Below the pieces are notes generated by a model. It was given only the letters and a program-made list of their open reading frames with translations, did no database searches and had not been told where the DNA came from. The translations under genes and the position numbers were made by a program. 40,522 nt of DNA from Streptosporangiaceae bacterium (GTDB lineage: Bacteria; Actinomycetota; Actinomycetes; Streptosporangiales; Streptosporangiaceae): contig DASXME010000172.1 in NCBI GenBank assembly GCA_036495825.1, positions 1 through 40,522 on the forward strand, written 5' to 3'. Shown here in pieces: positions 1-7,003 of this stretch. How positions within the stretch are numbered: the first letter of the stretch is position 1; every line of letters begins with the position of its first letter.

Positions 1-890
1 CGGCACCTGCCCGCCGCCCAGACCCTGGCCGCCGACCGCCGCGTCTGCCGCATCGCCCGCACCTGGAAAACCGCCGGCGCGGCCGGCGGCATCGACCTGC
101 TGCGCGCCCGCGCCTACCTCGCCCTCCTGCTCGGCCACGACACCACCGCCCCGCCCCCCGACCTGCTCCCCGCCCCCGCCGGCCCGGCCTCCGGCGCCGG
201 CCCGGCCCCCGGCAGCCAGACCGCCCCCGGTAACGACACAGCCCCCGGCAGCGGCTGCGGCGGGCACGACGGCGAAGACTGCGACCCGGGCCACAGCGAC
301 CAGGACCGGCGCGGCACCGCAGACGGGAACCCGGCCGGGCAGCCCGTCCCGCCCGGACTCCGCAGCCCAGGCCCAGGCACCGGCACGGGCGACGTAGAGG
401 GGCTGCCGCTGGCCGGGACGATCCACCTGACCGTCCCGCTGAGCACCCTGCTCGGCCTCGGCGGCACCCCCGGCGACGCCGCCGGATACGGCCCCCTCGA
501 CCCCGGCACCACCCGCGCGCTGGCCCGCGCCGCCGCCGGAAACCCCGCCACCCGCTGGCACCTGACCATCACCGGCCCCGGCGGCCAGGCGACCGGCCAC
601 GGCCGCGCCGCCGCCCGCGAAATCACCCCCGCTCACCGCGGCAGCGGCAGCGGCAGCGGCAGCGGCAGCGGCAGCGGGTGGACCGTAACGGTCACCGCCG
701 AGCCCCTCGCCGCCAGCCCCTGCCAGCACCGCAGCCGCGAGCCCGGCTACCGGCCCAGCCCCGCCCTGCAGCGCCTCATCCGCGCCCGCCACACCACCTG
801 CACCGCCCGCGGCTGCCGCCGCCCCGCCCAGGACTGCGACCTGGACCACACCGTCCCGCACGACCGGGACGGCCTGACCTGCGAGTGCAA
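1..890 (+). CDS. DUF222-type HNH endonuclease, 5' exon (gene start lies upstream of the window)
   Basis: Frame 1 is open from nt 1 and reads ...LLRARAYLALLLGHD...AAGYGPLDPGTTRALARAAAGNPATRWHL...(GS)6...RLIRARHTTCTARGCRRPAQDCDLDHTVPHDRDGLTCEC-. The Cys-rich DLDH...CEC segment is the first half of an H-N-H nuclease motif. The frame continues after intron removal (see 2845-2986). Confidence 0.8.
640..675 (+). repeat. Perfect hexanucleotide microsatellite (GGCAGC)x6 encoding (Gly-Ser)6 inside the HNH gene
   Basis: Direct reading: ggcagc repeated six times without interruption, in frame with the host ORF. Confidence 0.95.
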
Positions 891-1150
891 GTGTGCCACG
901 AGCGTGGAAGGCAAGGTGGTTGTGAGGTAGGTGCCTTGTGTTCTGCGGTGCTGCGTGGGAGATGGAGGATTGCTGGCCCTCCGGGGCCGCCCTTCGGGGG
1001 GTGGCTTCAAACTGCCGCATGCTGCGTTAGCTGAAGACTGTCGTGGTGAGCGATGCGGAAAAGGCATCTCATCAGAAGGTGCCAGGTGGGGACCGGGAAG
1101 GCGTTGCGCTGGAAATCCCGTTCGCGGGATTCGCTGTTGACGTGTCGTTA

Positions 1151-1188
1151 CGCAGGTGAGGTGGCATCAGAACCGCGGTGTTTTGCAT
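1151..1188 (+). other. Intron exon-binding sites EBS2 (1151-1157) and EBS1 (1183-1188, loop of hairpin 1173-1196)
   Basis: Complementarity to the last 14 nt of the 5' exon, read directly. The stem ccgcggtg/caccgcgg flanks the loop ttttgcat. Confidence 0.7.
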
Positions 1189-1465
1189 CACCGCGGGATG
1201 AGCCTGGCGGATACCCGGTTACTGGCCAGGTGGTGCCCGGCATGAAGGCGGCGCGAGCCCGGTCTGCGGCTTCTGCGCGGAACGTGGGAAGGCATGCCCT
1301 GATAGTGCTGCCGTGCCGTGGGCGGGGTGGCGAGAGGGAGATCCCCGGGCGTGTGAAGCGTGAGGGGCTGAGTACCGTCGCGGGGCGTGCTGGCGGACCG
1401 GTTCGTAGTAGCTGTGATGTTCCTGCCTGGCGCGGTGGGGGCGGAGCGAAGGGGCCGGTTCATCC

Positions 1466-2767
1466 GTGGTTTGTCCGGTCGGTCAACTGGTTTCCGGGAG
1501 GAGCCGGGTGGATGAGCTGAAGCTGTCAGGCAAGCCGTTTGATATCTCGAAGACGGAGGTGATGGAGGCTTACCGGAAGGTGAAAGCCAATAAGGGCGCG
1601 CCGGGAGTGGATGAGGTGACGCTCGGGGAGTTCGAGACGGATCTGAAGAACAACTTGTACAAGATCTGGAACCGGATGTCCTCGGGCAGTTACTTCCCGC
1701 CCCCGGTGCGGGCGGTGGAAATACCGAAACCGCAGGGCGGCGTGAGGGTCCTGGGGGTGCCTGCTGTCGCGGACAGGATCGCGCAGACGGTGGCGGCGGC
1801 CCGGCTGGAGGAAGCAGTGGAACCAGTGTTCTGCGCGGATTCCTACGGGTTCCGGCCGGGCCGGTCGGCGCTGGACGCGGTGGCGGCATGCCGGCGGCGC
1901 TGCTGGGATTACGACTGGGTGGTCGACTTCGACATCCGGGCGTTCTTCGACAGCGTGCCGTGGGACCTGATCGTCAAGGCGGTGGAGTATCACGCCGCTG
2001 ACCCGTGGGTGGTGCTGTATGTGCAGCGGTGGCTGGCCGCCCCGCTGGCACTGCCCGACGGCACCTTGCAGCGGCGGGACCGGGGGACTCCGCAGGGGTC
2101 GGCGGTCTCGCCCGTGCTGGCGAACCTGTTCCTGCACTACGCGTTCGACGCCTGGATGGCGCGGGAATTCCCGTCCGTGCCGTTCGAGAGGTACGCCGAC
2201 GACGCCGTGGTGCACTGCCGCACCGAGCGCCAGGCCCGCAGGGTCCTGGCCGCGATCGGGACGCGGATGGGGCAGGTCGGGCTGGAACTGCACCCGGGGA
2301 AAACCCGGATCGTGTACTGCCGGGACGGCAGCCGCCGTGGCTCGCATGAGCACACCGCGTTTGACTTCCTGGGGTTCACCTTCCGGGCCCGGTCAGCCCG
2401 GACCCGGCAAGGGCGGGTCTTCACCTCGTTCCTGCCCGCGATCAGCAAGGACGCCCTGAAACGGCTCAGCGGGCAGGTCCGCGCCTGGCGGCTGCACCGC
2501 ATGGTCAGGGCCACCTTCGGCGACCTCGCGCGGCTGGTCAACCCGGCCGTGCGGGGCTGGATGCAGTACTACGGGCGGTTCTACCGCTCCGCGCTGCATC
2601 CCCTCCTCAAGCGCATCAGCACCTACCTGGTGCGCTGGCTCCGCAACAAGTACAAACGGCTGCGCGGGTTCCGCAAGGCCCACAACGCGTGGAAACGGGT
2701 CACCAGGCAATACCCCCGGCTCTTCGCCCACTGGGCCTGGACCGCCACGTTCTGGCGGACAGGATGA
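1466..2767 (+). CDS. Group II intron-encoded protein (reverse transcriptase/maturase, no obvious C-terminal endonuclease domain)
   Basis: RT blocks are present: GAPGVDEVT, FPPPVRAVEIPKPQGGVRVLGVPAVADRIAQ, YGFRPGRSALDA, TPQGSAVSPVLANLFL, and the catalytic YADD in RYADDAVVHC. A maturase X-like tail follows (RGWMQYYGRFYRS...). The likely true start is GTG 1508, preceded by GGGAGGAG. Confidence 0.92.
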   Translation: MVCPVGQLVSGRSRVDELKLSGKPFDISKTEVMEAYRKVKANKGAPGVDEVTLGEFETDLKNNLYKIWNRMSSGSYFPPPVRAVEIPKPQGGVRVLGVPAVADRIAQTVAAARLEEAVEPVFCADSYGFRPGRSALDAVAACRRRCWDYDWVVDFDIRAFFDSVPWDLIVKAVEYHAADPWVVLYVQRWLAAPLALPDGTLQRRDRGTPQGSAVSPVLANLFLHYAFDAWMAREFPSVPFERYADDAVVHCRTERQARRVLAAIGTRMGQVGLELHPGKTRIVYCRDGSRRGSHEHTAFDFLGFTFRARSARTRQGRVFTSFLPAISKDALKRLSGQVRAWRLHRMVRATFGDLARLVNPAVRGWMQYYGRFYRSALHPLLKRISTYLVRWLRNKYKRLRGFRKAHNAWKRVTRQYPRLFAHWAWTATFWRTG

Positions 2768-2770
2768 AAA

Positions 2771-2844
2771 GAGCCGGATGACGGGAGACTGTCACGTCCG
2801 GATCTGAGGGAGCCGGGGGGTGAAACTCCCCCCGGCCACCCGAC
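2771..2844 (+). ncRNA. Group II intron domain V (2771-2804) and domain VI (about 2808-2844)
   Basis: GAGCCGGAUGAC-GGGAGACU-GUCACGUCCGGAUC forms a 34-nt D5-like hairpin starting with the AGC triad. The following GGGAGCCGGGGGG-UGAAACU-CCCCCCGGCCACCC hairpin has an unpaired A. Confidence 0.8.
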
Positions 2845-2986
2845 TTTGGCGCCGCTCTGCCGGCATCATCATCGTGTTAAGCAAGCTGAGGGATGGAAAC
2901 TCGAACAAACTAGCCCCGGCGTGATGACCTGGACCACCCCCGCCGGACGCCGCTACACCACCCTGCCCAGCAAACACCCAACCTAG
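2845..2986 (+). CDS. DUF222-type HNH endonuclease, 3' exon
   Basis: After splicing, AA(889-890)+T(2845) gives Asn, followed by LAPLCRHHHRVKQAEGWKLEQTSPGVMTWTTPAGRRYTTLPSKHPT and stop TAG at 2984-2986. CECNLAPLCRHHH is the N...H half of the H-N-H motif. Confidence 0.8.
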
Positions 2987-3058
2987 GTAATCGGCTTTGG
3001 GGGAACTTTGGTCTAGGAGCTGACGGGTCGGCTTCGCGAAGGCGTTAAGTCTGATGCT

Positions 3059-4108
3059 CTACGCCGGGGTGGCGCCTTCCCTCGCCTCGTAATACCGCGC
3101 GGCGACGTCGGCCGTCATCTCGCGCACCTGCTCGATTTCCTGCTCCGAGAGCCGGTCCTTGAACGAGCCCAGCGCTGCCCGCGAGTCCATCGGCCGGAAC
3201 GCGGTGCGGGACAGTCCGCCGCGCAGGCTCCACGCGTGCGAGGTCTCCGCTCGCCCGTGGTCGGTGGTCGCCGAGATGATGCGCTGCCGAGCCCGGTCGG
3301 TCCAGGTCAGGCCGCACGCCGCGTAGAGGTCACGGAATCCGCCCTCGGGGTCCTTGGCCAGATCCTCGTAACGCTGCATGTGCAGCAGGCCGGGCTCCCG
3401 CTCGTTCAGGTCGCCGAGCGCAGCATAGGTGACCCGCCAGAGCGTCGCGGCCTTGGCGACCGGGTCCGTCGAGTCGGCCGTCGCCTTGAGCTCGCTTGCG
3501 AACGGGCCGAGCAGGTCGCGCATGAGCAGCGGCTGATCCAGCAGCTCGTGCGGATTGGCCTGCCAGCCGAGCTTGCGCCAGCTGCCGACGAACGAGACCG
3601 GATGACGGACGCACACCACTACCCGGACCCCCAGCCGCCGGGCGAACCAGGGCGCCGACAGGGTGGCGAACGGGTCGTCGATAAGGGCGCGGCGGCGGAG
3701 GATCCGGCCGGCCGTGAAGGCGGTCGAGTACTTCGCCAGCCGGGCCAGGTCAGCCAGTGCGCGGTTGCGCTGCAGCTCGGCGACGAGGTGGTACCGCAGC
3801 CGCAGCGTGTCGGAGAACGCAGTCGCCCAGCGTTCGTCATTGTCCGGGCAGATGTACTGGTACCGGTGGGTTATCTCGGCGTTGAGCACGCCAGGAGAAT
3901 GGCCAGGCGGGCGCTGCGGGTTCATCGGCTCGTTGACGTAGACGACTTCACCGCCGGACTGCAGCATCTTGCCGATCCAGCTGGTGCCGCTGCGCGGCAG
4001 TCCGGTAACGAGAATTCCCTGATCCGCGGGCATGCCGGAAACGCCATCTCCTTTGCCGTTGACGGTCACCGGAGCTACCGGCACCAGCTGGGCTCGCGGC
4101 CCAGCCAT
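3059..4108 (-). CDS. PAPS-dependent sulfotransferase family protein
   Basis: N-terminal P-loop-like 5'-PSB motif GLPRSGTSWIGKM and 3'-PB-like VRHPVSFVGSWRK. The alternative start ATG 4033 (MPADQGILVTG...) would remove the 34-nt overlap with the upstream gene. Confidence 0.75.
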   Translation of the reverse strand: MAGPRAQLVPVAPVTVNGKGDGVSGMPADQGILVTGLPRSGTSWIGKMLQSGGEVVYVNEPMNPQRPPGHSPGVLNAEITHRYQYICPDNDERWATAFSDTLRLRYHLVAELQRNRALADLARLAKYSTAFTAGRILRRRALIDDPFATLSAPWFARRLGVRVVVCVRHPVSFVGSWRKLGWQANPHELLDQPLLMRDLLGPFASELKATADSTDPVAKAATLWRVTYAALGDLNEREPGLLHMQRYEDLAKDPEGGFRDLYAACGLTWTDRARQRIISATTDHGRAETSHAWSLRGGLSRTAFRPMDSRAALGSFKDRLSEQEIEQVREMTADVAARYYEAREGATPA

Positions 4109-5214
4109 TCGGCTAGCTGCTGGTTGTGCGGGCGGAAGTAGTCCTCAAGCTCCTCGCGGACCGCCGGCGGTATCGGCGCGGACCGCGGCCGGGCGTTGCG
4201 CTGCTTGAACTCGGGGTGCCCGGCCTGCGGCAGGCCCAGGAAGTCGAGCACCCCATCGTAGATCCGCGCCGGGTCGGTGAAGAACTCGCCGCTGTCCACG
4301 ACGTGGATGCGGTCCCGGCCGAAGACCTTCTCCAGGTTCTGCAGCTGCTCGGCGTAGTGCCCACGCAGCCGGTAGGCGTGATGCTGATGGCTGTAGCTGT
4401 AGTAGCGGGGGTCGGCCACGATCTTCTCGGCCTCGCCCGCCAGCCGGCTCTCTTCGAGTTCGATGGCCCGCGGGTACGACTCGGTCTCGAAGCCGAGAGC
4501 CGTCTCGTGCGCGTGCCCGGAGTAGCTGCGCTCGACCGGGTCGCGCAGCAGCACCAGCAGCTTCACGCCGGGCAGGTCACGGTTGATCCGCTCGGCGGCC
4601 AGCGGGTGCAGCATGTAATACGGGCTGGACTCGAACGCCATCGGCGCCGCGCCGGCCGCGCGCGCGGCGAACCGGGCGCGGACCCGGAGCGGGAAATGGC
4701 TCCGGTACCAGGCCATCCCGCGGTCGTAGGCGTTGTCGAAGTAGTGCACTTCCTGGTGCAGCACCGGGTGGAACACGGCCGGGTGGGCGCTGAGCGTACG
4801 GGACATGGACGTGGTGCCCGCCCGCTGCGCTCCGACGATCAGGAAGCTCGGCAGCATCCGGGCCCAGGAGGTGGGTATCCCGGCTGCCACCAGGGTGGTG
4901 TAGGTGGCGCGCTTGACCGGTCGCGGCAGCCGGTCGCGCCGGCGGGCCTGTGCTGACTGCGACTGTGCTGACTGCGACTGTGCTGATTGCGACTGGGTCG
5001 GCTTGGCCTGCGAACTGCCCGCCGCGGCTGTGCCCGCGGATGCGTCGGCCGAGGCCCGCTCCGCGGTCTGATCGCTCATGCTCATGCCGTCACCCCACTG
5101 GACGCGATGGCGCTGACTAGCTCGGCGTACTCCATGAGTCATCTCCCTCCACACCGGGCTGAGTGCGGGCTGGCAACGAGGGTCGCGAACGCGGTCGGAA
5201 CTGGTCTCCGGCAA
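4075..5214 (-). CDS. Sulfotransferase (Sulfotransfer_1, heparan-sulfate-sulfotransferase-like) with a low-complexity N-terminus
   Basis: FLIVGAQRAGTTSMSRTLSAHP, EVHYFDNAYDRGMAWYRSHFP, LLVLLRDPVERSYSGHAHE, LEDYFRPHNQQLAEWLGREPSW. The maximal ORF is given; internal starts ATG 5142 (after GGAGGGAG) or ATG 5085 (MSMSDQ...) are plausible. Confidence 0.85.
   Translation of the reverse strand: MPETSSDRVRDPRCQPALSPVWREMTHGVRRASQRHRVQWGDGMSMSDQTAERASADASAGTAAAGSSQAKPTQSQSAQSQSAQSQSAQARRRDRLPRPVKRATYTTLVAAGIPTSWARMLPSFLIVGAQRAGTTSMSRTLSAHPAVFHPVLHQEVHYFDNAYDRGMAWYRSHFPLRVRARFAARAAGAAPMAFESSPYYMLHPLAAERINRDLPGVKLLVLLRDPVERSYSGHAHETALGFETESYPRAIELEESRLAGEAEKIVADPRYYSYSHQHHAYRLRGHYAEQLQNLEKVFGRDRIHVVDSGEFFTDPARIYDGVLDFLGLPQAGHPEFKQRNARPRSAPIPPAVREELEDYFRPHNQQLAEWLGREPSWCR
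4948..4992 (-). repeat. 15-bp tandem repeat x3 (ctgtgctgactgcga; third copy has 1 mismatch) encoding (SQSAQ)n
   Basis: Read directly. It corresponds to QSQSAQSQSAQSQSAQ in the N-terminal tail of the 4075-5214 sulfotransferase. Confidence 0.9.
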
Positions 5215-5254
5215 GTGGCAGTGACCATGGCCTCGCAGGCGGACGGCGGCATGC

Positions 5255-6136
5255 TCATTGAGCCCAGCTCAGCGGCCTGCCGAGCAGCCTGGTCAGCTGT
5301 TCGTCGTGCGGGACATAATACTCCTCGAGCATTTGTCGCGTTTTGACTTGGATAGGTTCGCCCGGACGGGCGTTGAACTGGCCGAACCTGGCCGGCTCGT
5401 ACGGCCGCAGCCCTAGGAACGCCAGCAGATCCCGGTACGTCGCGGCAGGCCGGCCGAAGTAGGTCTCGCTGTCCATCACGTGTACCTGCTCGCGCGGGAA
5501 AAACGTGAAGGCGCGCTCGAGTTGCTCCGCGTAGTGACCGCGGTGCCGGTAAGAGTGATGGCGGTGCGACAGGCTCTCATAGGAGATGTCCTCCCGCATC
5601 CGGTCGATCTCGCCCGCGAGCCGCTGGTCCTCTAGCTCCAGCGCCTTCTCGAAGCTCGCCTCCTGCTCGAAGCCGCGGGCGTACTCGTGCTTGTAGGCGG
5701 AGAAGGCACGCTCGACCGGATCGCGCAGCATGACCACCAGCTTCGTCTGCGGCAGGTCGCGGGCGAGCCGCTCCAGCGCGAAGGGGTGGTACACGTAGTA
5801 GCCGCTGGCCTCGAAGGCGACCGGCCCGCCCGCCGCCCGCCGCCGGAGGCGCGCGATCTCGGCGATCGGGAAGTGCCCCTGATACCAGCGCATGCCGCGG
5901 TGGTAGTTCAGGTCGAAGTAGTTGACGCCCTTGCGGAACGTCGCCGGCATCAGCTGCGGGTGGGCCGACAGCATGCGAAACAGCGAGGTGGTGCCGCAGC
6001 GCGAGGCGCCGATCATGATGAAGGAGGGCAGCAGCCGCAGCGGCGCCGTGGCCTCGCCGAGCCCGGTGTACGCCTGCCGCCCGACGTGCCTCAGCTGCCT
6101 GGGCGTGATGTCACGCACGGTCATGACGGGCGGCAC
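5255..6136 (-). CDS. Sulfotransferase (Sulfotransfer_1, heparan-sulfate-sulfotransferase-like), paralogue of 4075-5214
   Basis: FIMIGASRCGTTSLFRMLSAHP, GVNYFDLNYHRGMRWYQGHFP, LVVMLRDPVERAFSAYKHE, LEEYYVPHDEQLTRLLGRPLSW. GGAGGTG lies upstream of ATG 6136. Confidence 0.88.
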   Translation of the reverse strand: MPPVMTVRDITPRQLRHVGRQAYTGLGEATAPLRLLPSFIMIGASRCGTTSLFRMLSAHPQLMPATFRKGVNYFDLNYHRGMRWYQGHFPIAEIARLRRRAAGGPVAFEASGYYVYHPFALERLARDLPQTKLVVMLRDPVERAFSAYKHEYARGFEQEASFEKALELEDQRLAGEIDRMREDISYESLSHRHHSYRHRGHYAEQLERAFTFFPREQVHVMDSETYFGRPAATYRDLLAFLGLRPYEPARFGQFNARPGEPIQVKTRQMLEEYYVPHDEQLTRLLGRPLSWAQ

Positions 6137-6148
6137 CTCCGCGAGCGG

Positions 6149-6994
6149 TCAATCCCAGCCCCAGCGCTGCCTGAGCTGAATGTCAAACTCCGCCTCCACG
6201 CCGGCGATCTCACCGTCGAGTCGCTCCCTGACGAAGGCGATGTCACCCGGCGACATCGCCGGCTTGGTGTCGCCGAGCGGCTTGTACAGCAGGCGCTCGA
6301 CCAGCTTGGACCGCTTGATGCGGCCGACCAGGTCGGCTCCGTCATGGCTGCGCACCCAGTTCGCGGCGTGCTTGGCGGCCGCGGCGAGGGGAAGCCAGCG
6401 GGCCCCGCTCGCGGGCAGCCTGGCCGCGAGATCATCGGGGCTGACGACCTGGCGGCCCACCTGGAGCCAGTCGGTAACCTCGTCGAGAAAGGCCTGCGGA
6501 TCGGCCTGCAGGTCATCGAAGACCGCGATGTGCAGCGCCTTGCGGTCGAAACTGCCCAGGTACCGGCGCAGCAGCGTCGCGTAGCGGCCCTCATCGAGCA
6601 GCACCGGCTCGTTCTGCGCCGTCTCGATAAAGGTCGGTGCGGCCAGCCCGTGCCGTTGCAGGTACAGGTACGAGGAGAATGCGCGGGCGGCCGGCTCGCG
6701 CAGGGTGACCATGAGGCGCACGTCAGGGCCGAGGCACTCGCGGATCCGCTCCGGCGCCTCGGTGTTCACCAGGTAGTCGGGGCAGACCTCGCCGATGATC
6801 TTGTGCTCGGGCCGGGAGCCACTGAATTGCGCGCCGTACCAGTCCAGGCCCCGGTCGTAGTACCGGCTGAAGAAGTAGAGATCCTTGGCCTCGCTGAGGT
6901 AGACCTCCGGATGCGATATCAGGACCTCGTGCAGCCAGGTGGAACCGGACTTGCCCGGGCCGATGTGCAAGAAGTTGGGCAGCTGCTGCGGCAT
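6149..6994 (-). CDS. Sulfotransferase (Sulfotransfer_1-like)
   Basis: FLHIGPGKSGSTWLHEVL, DLYFFSRYYDRGLDWYGAQF, MVTLREPAARAFSSYLY. AAGAGGA lies upstream of ATG 6994. Confidence 0.85.
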   Translation of the reverse strand: MPQQLPNFLHIGPGKSGSTWLHEVLISHPEVYLSEAKDLYFFSRYYDRGLDWYGAQFSGSRPEHKIIGEVCPDYLVNTEAPERIRECLGPDVRLMVTLREPAARAFSSYLYLQRHGLAAPTFIETAQNEPVLLDEGRYATLLRRYLGSFDRKALHIAVFDDLQADPQAFLDEVTDWLQVGRQVVSPDDLAARLPASGARWLPLAAAAKHAANWVRSHDGADLVGRIKRSKLVERLLYKPLGDTKPAMSPGDIAFVRERLDGEIAGVEAEFDIQLRQRWGWD

Positions 6995-7003
6995 CGGATC
7001 CTC

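Larger units (their letters stand above)
891..2844 (+). mobile_element. Bacterial group II intron (ribozyme plus intron-encoded RT/maturase) inserted in the HNH endonuclease gene
   Basis: The 5' end GTGTG (891-895) fits the GUGYG consensus. An RT/maturase ORF lies in the domain IV position and domain V starts 4 nt after the ORF stop. Domain VI has a bulged A at 2838, 7 nt from a 3' end ...GAC (2844). EBS2 (1151-1157 CGCAGGT) is the exact complement of exon nt 877-883 (ACCTGCG). EBS1 (1183-1188 TTGCAT, in a hairpin loop) pairs with exon nt 885-890 (GTGCAA, one G-U). Joining 890 to 2845 restores the HNH reading frame. Confidence 0.9.

Noticed and set aside
640-675. Short tandem repeats (also 4948-4992) as possible CRISPR-like arrays
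   Set aside because: The units are 6 and 15 nt with no spacers and lie in frame within coding sequence. This is not CRISPR architecture.
1466-2767. Reverse transcriptase as a possible defence-associated RT (retron, DRT, Abi-type)
   Set aside because: The maturase X-like tail is followed immediately by D5/D6 hairpins. There is a GUGYG 5' end, EBS/IBS complementarity and exact restoration of the host reading frame. It is therefore an ordinary group II intron IEP.
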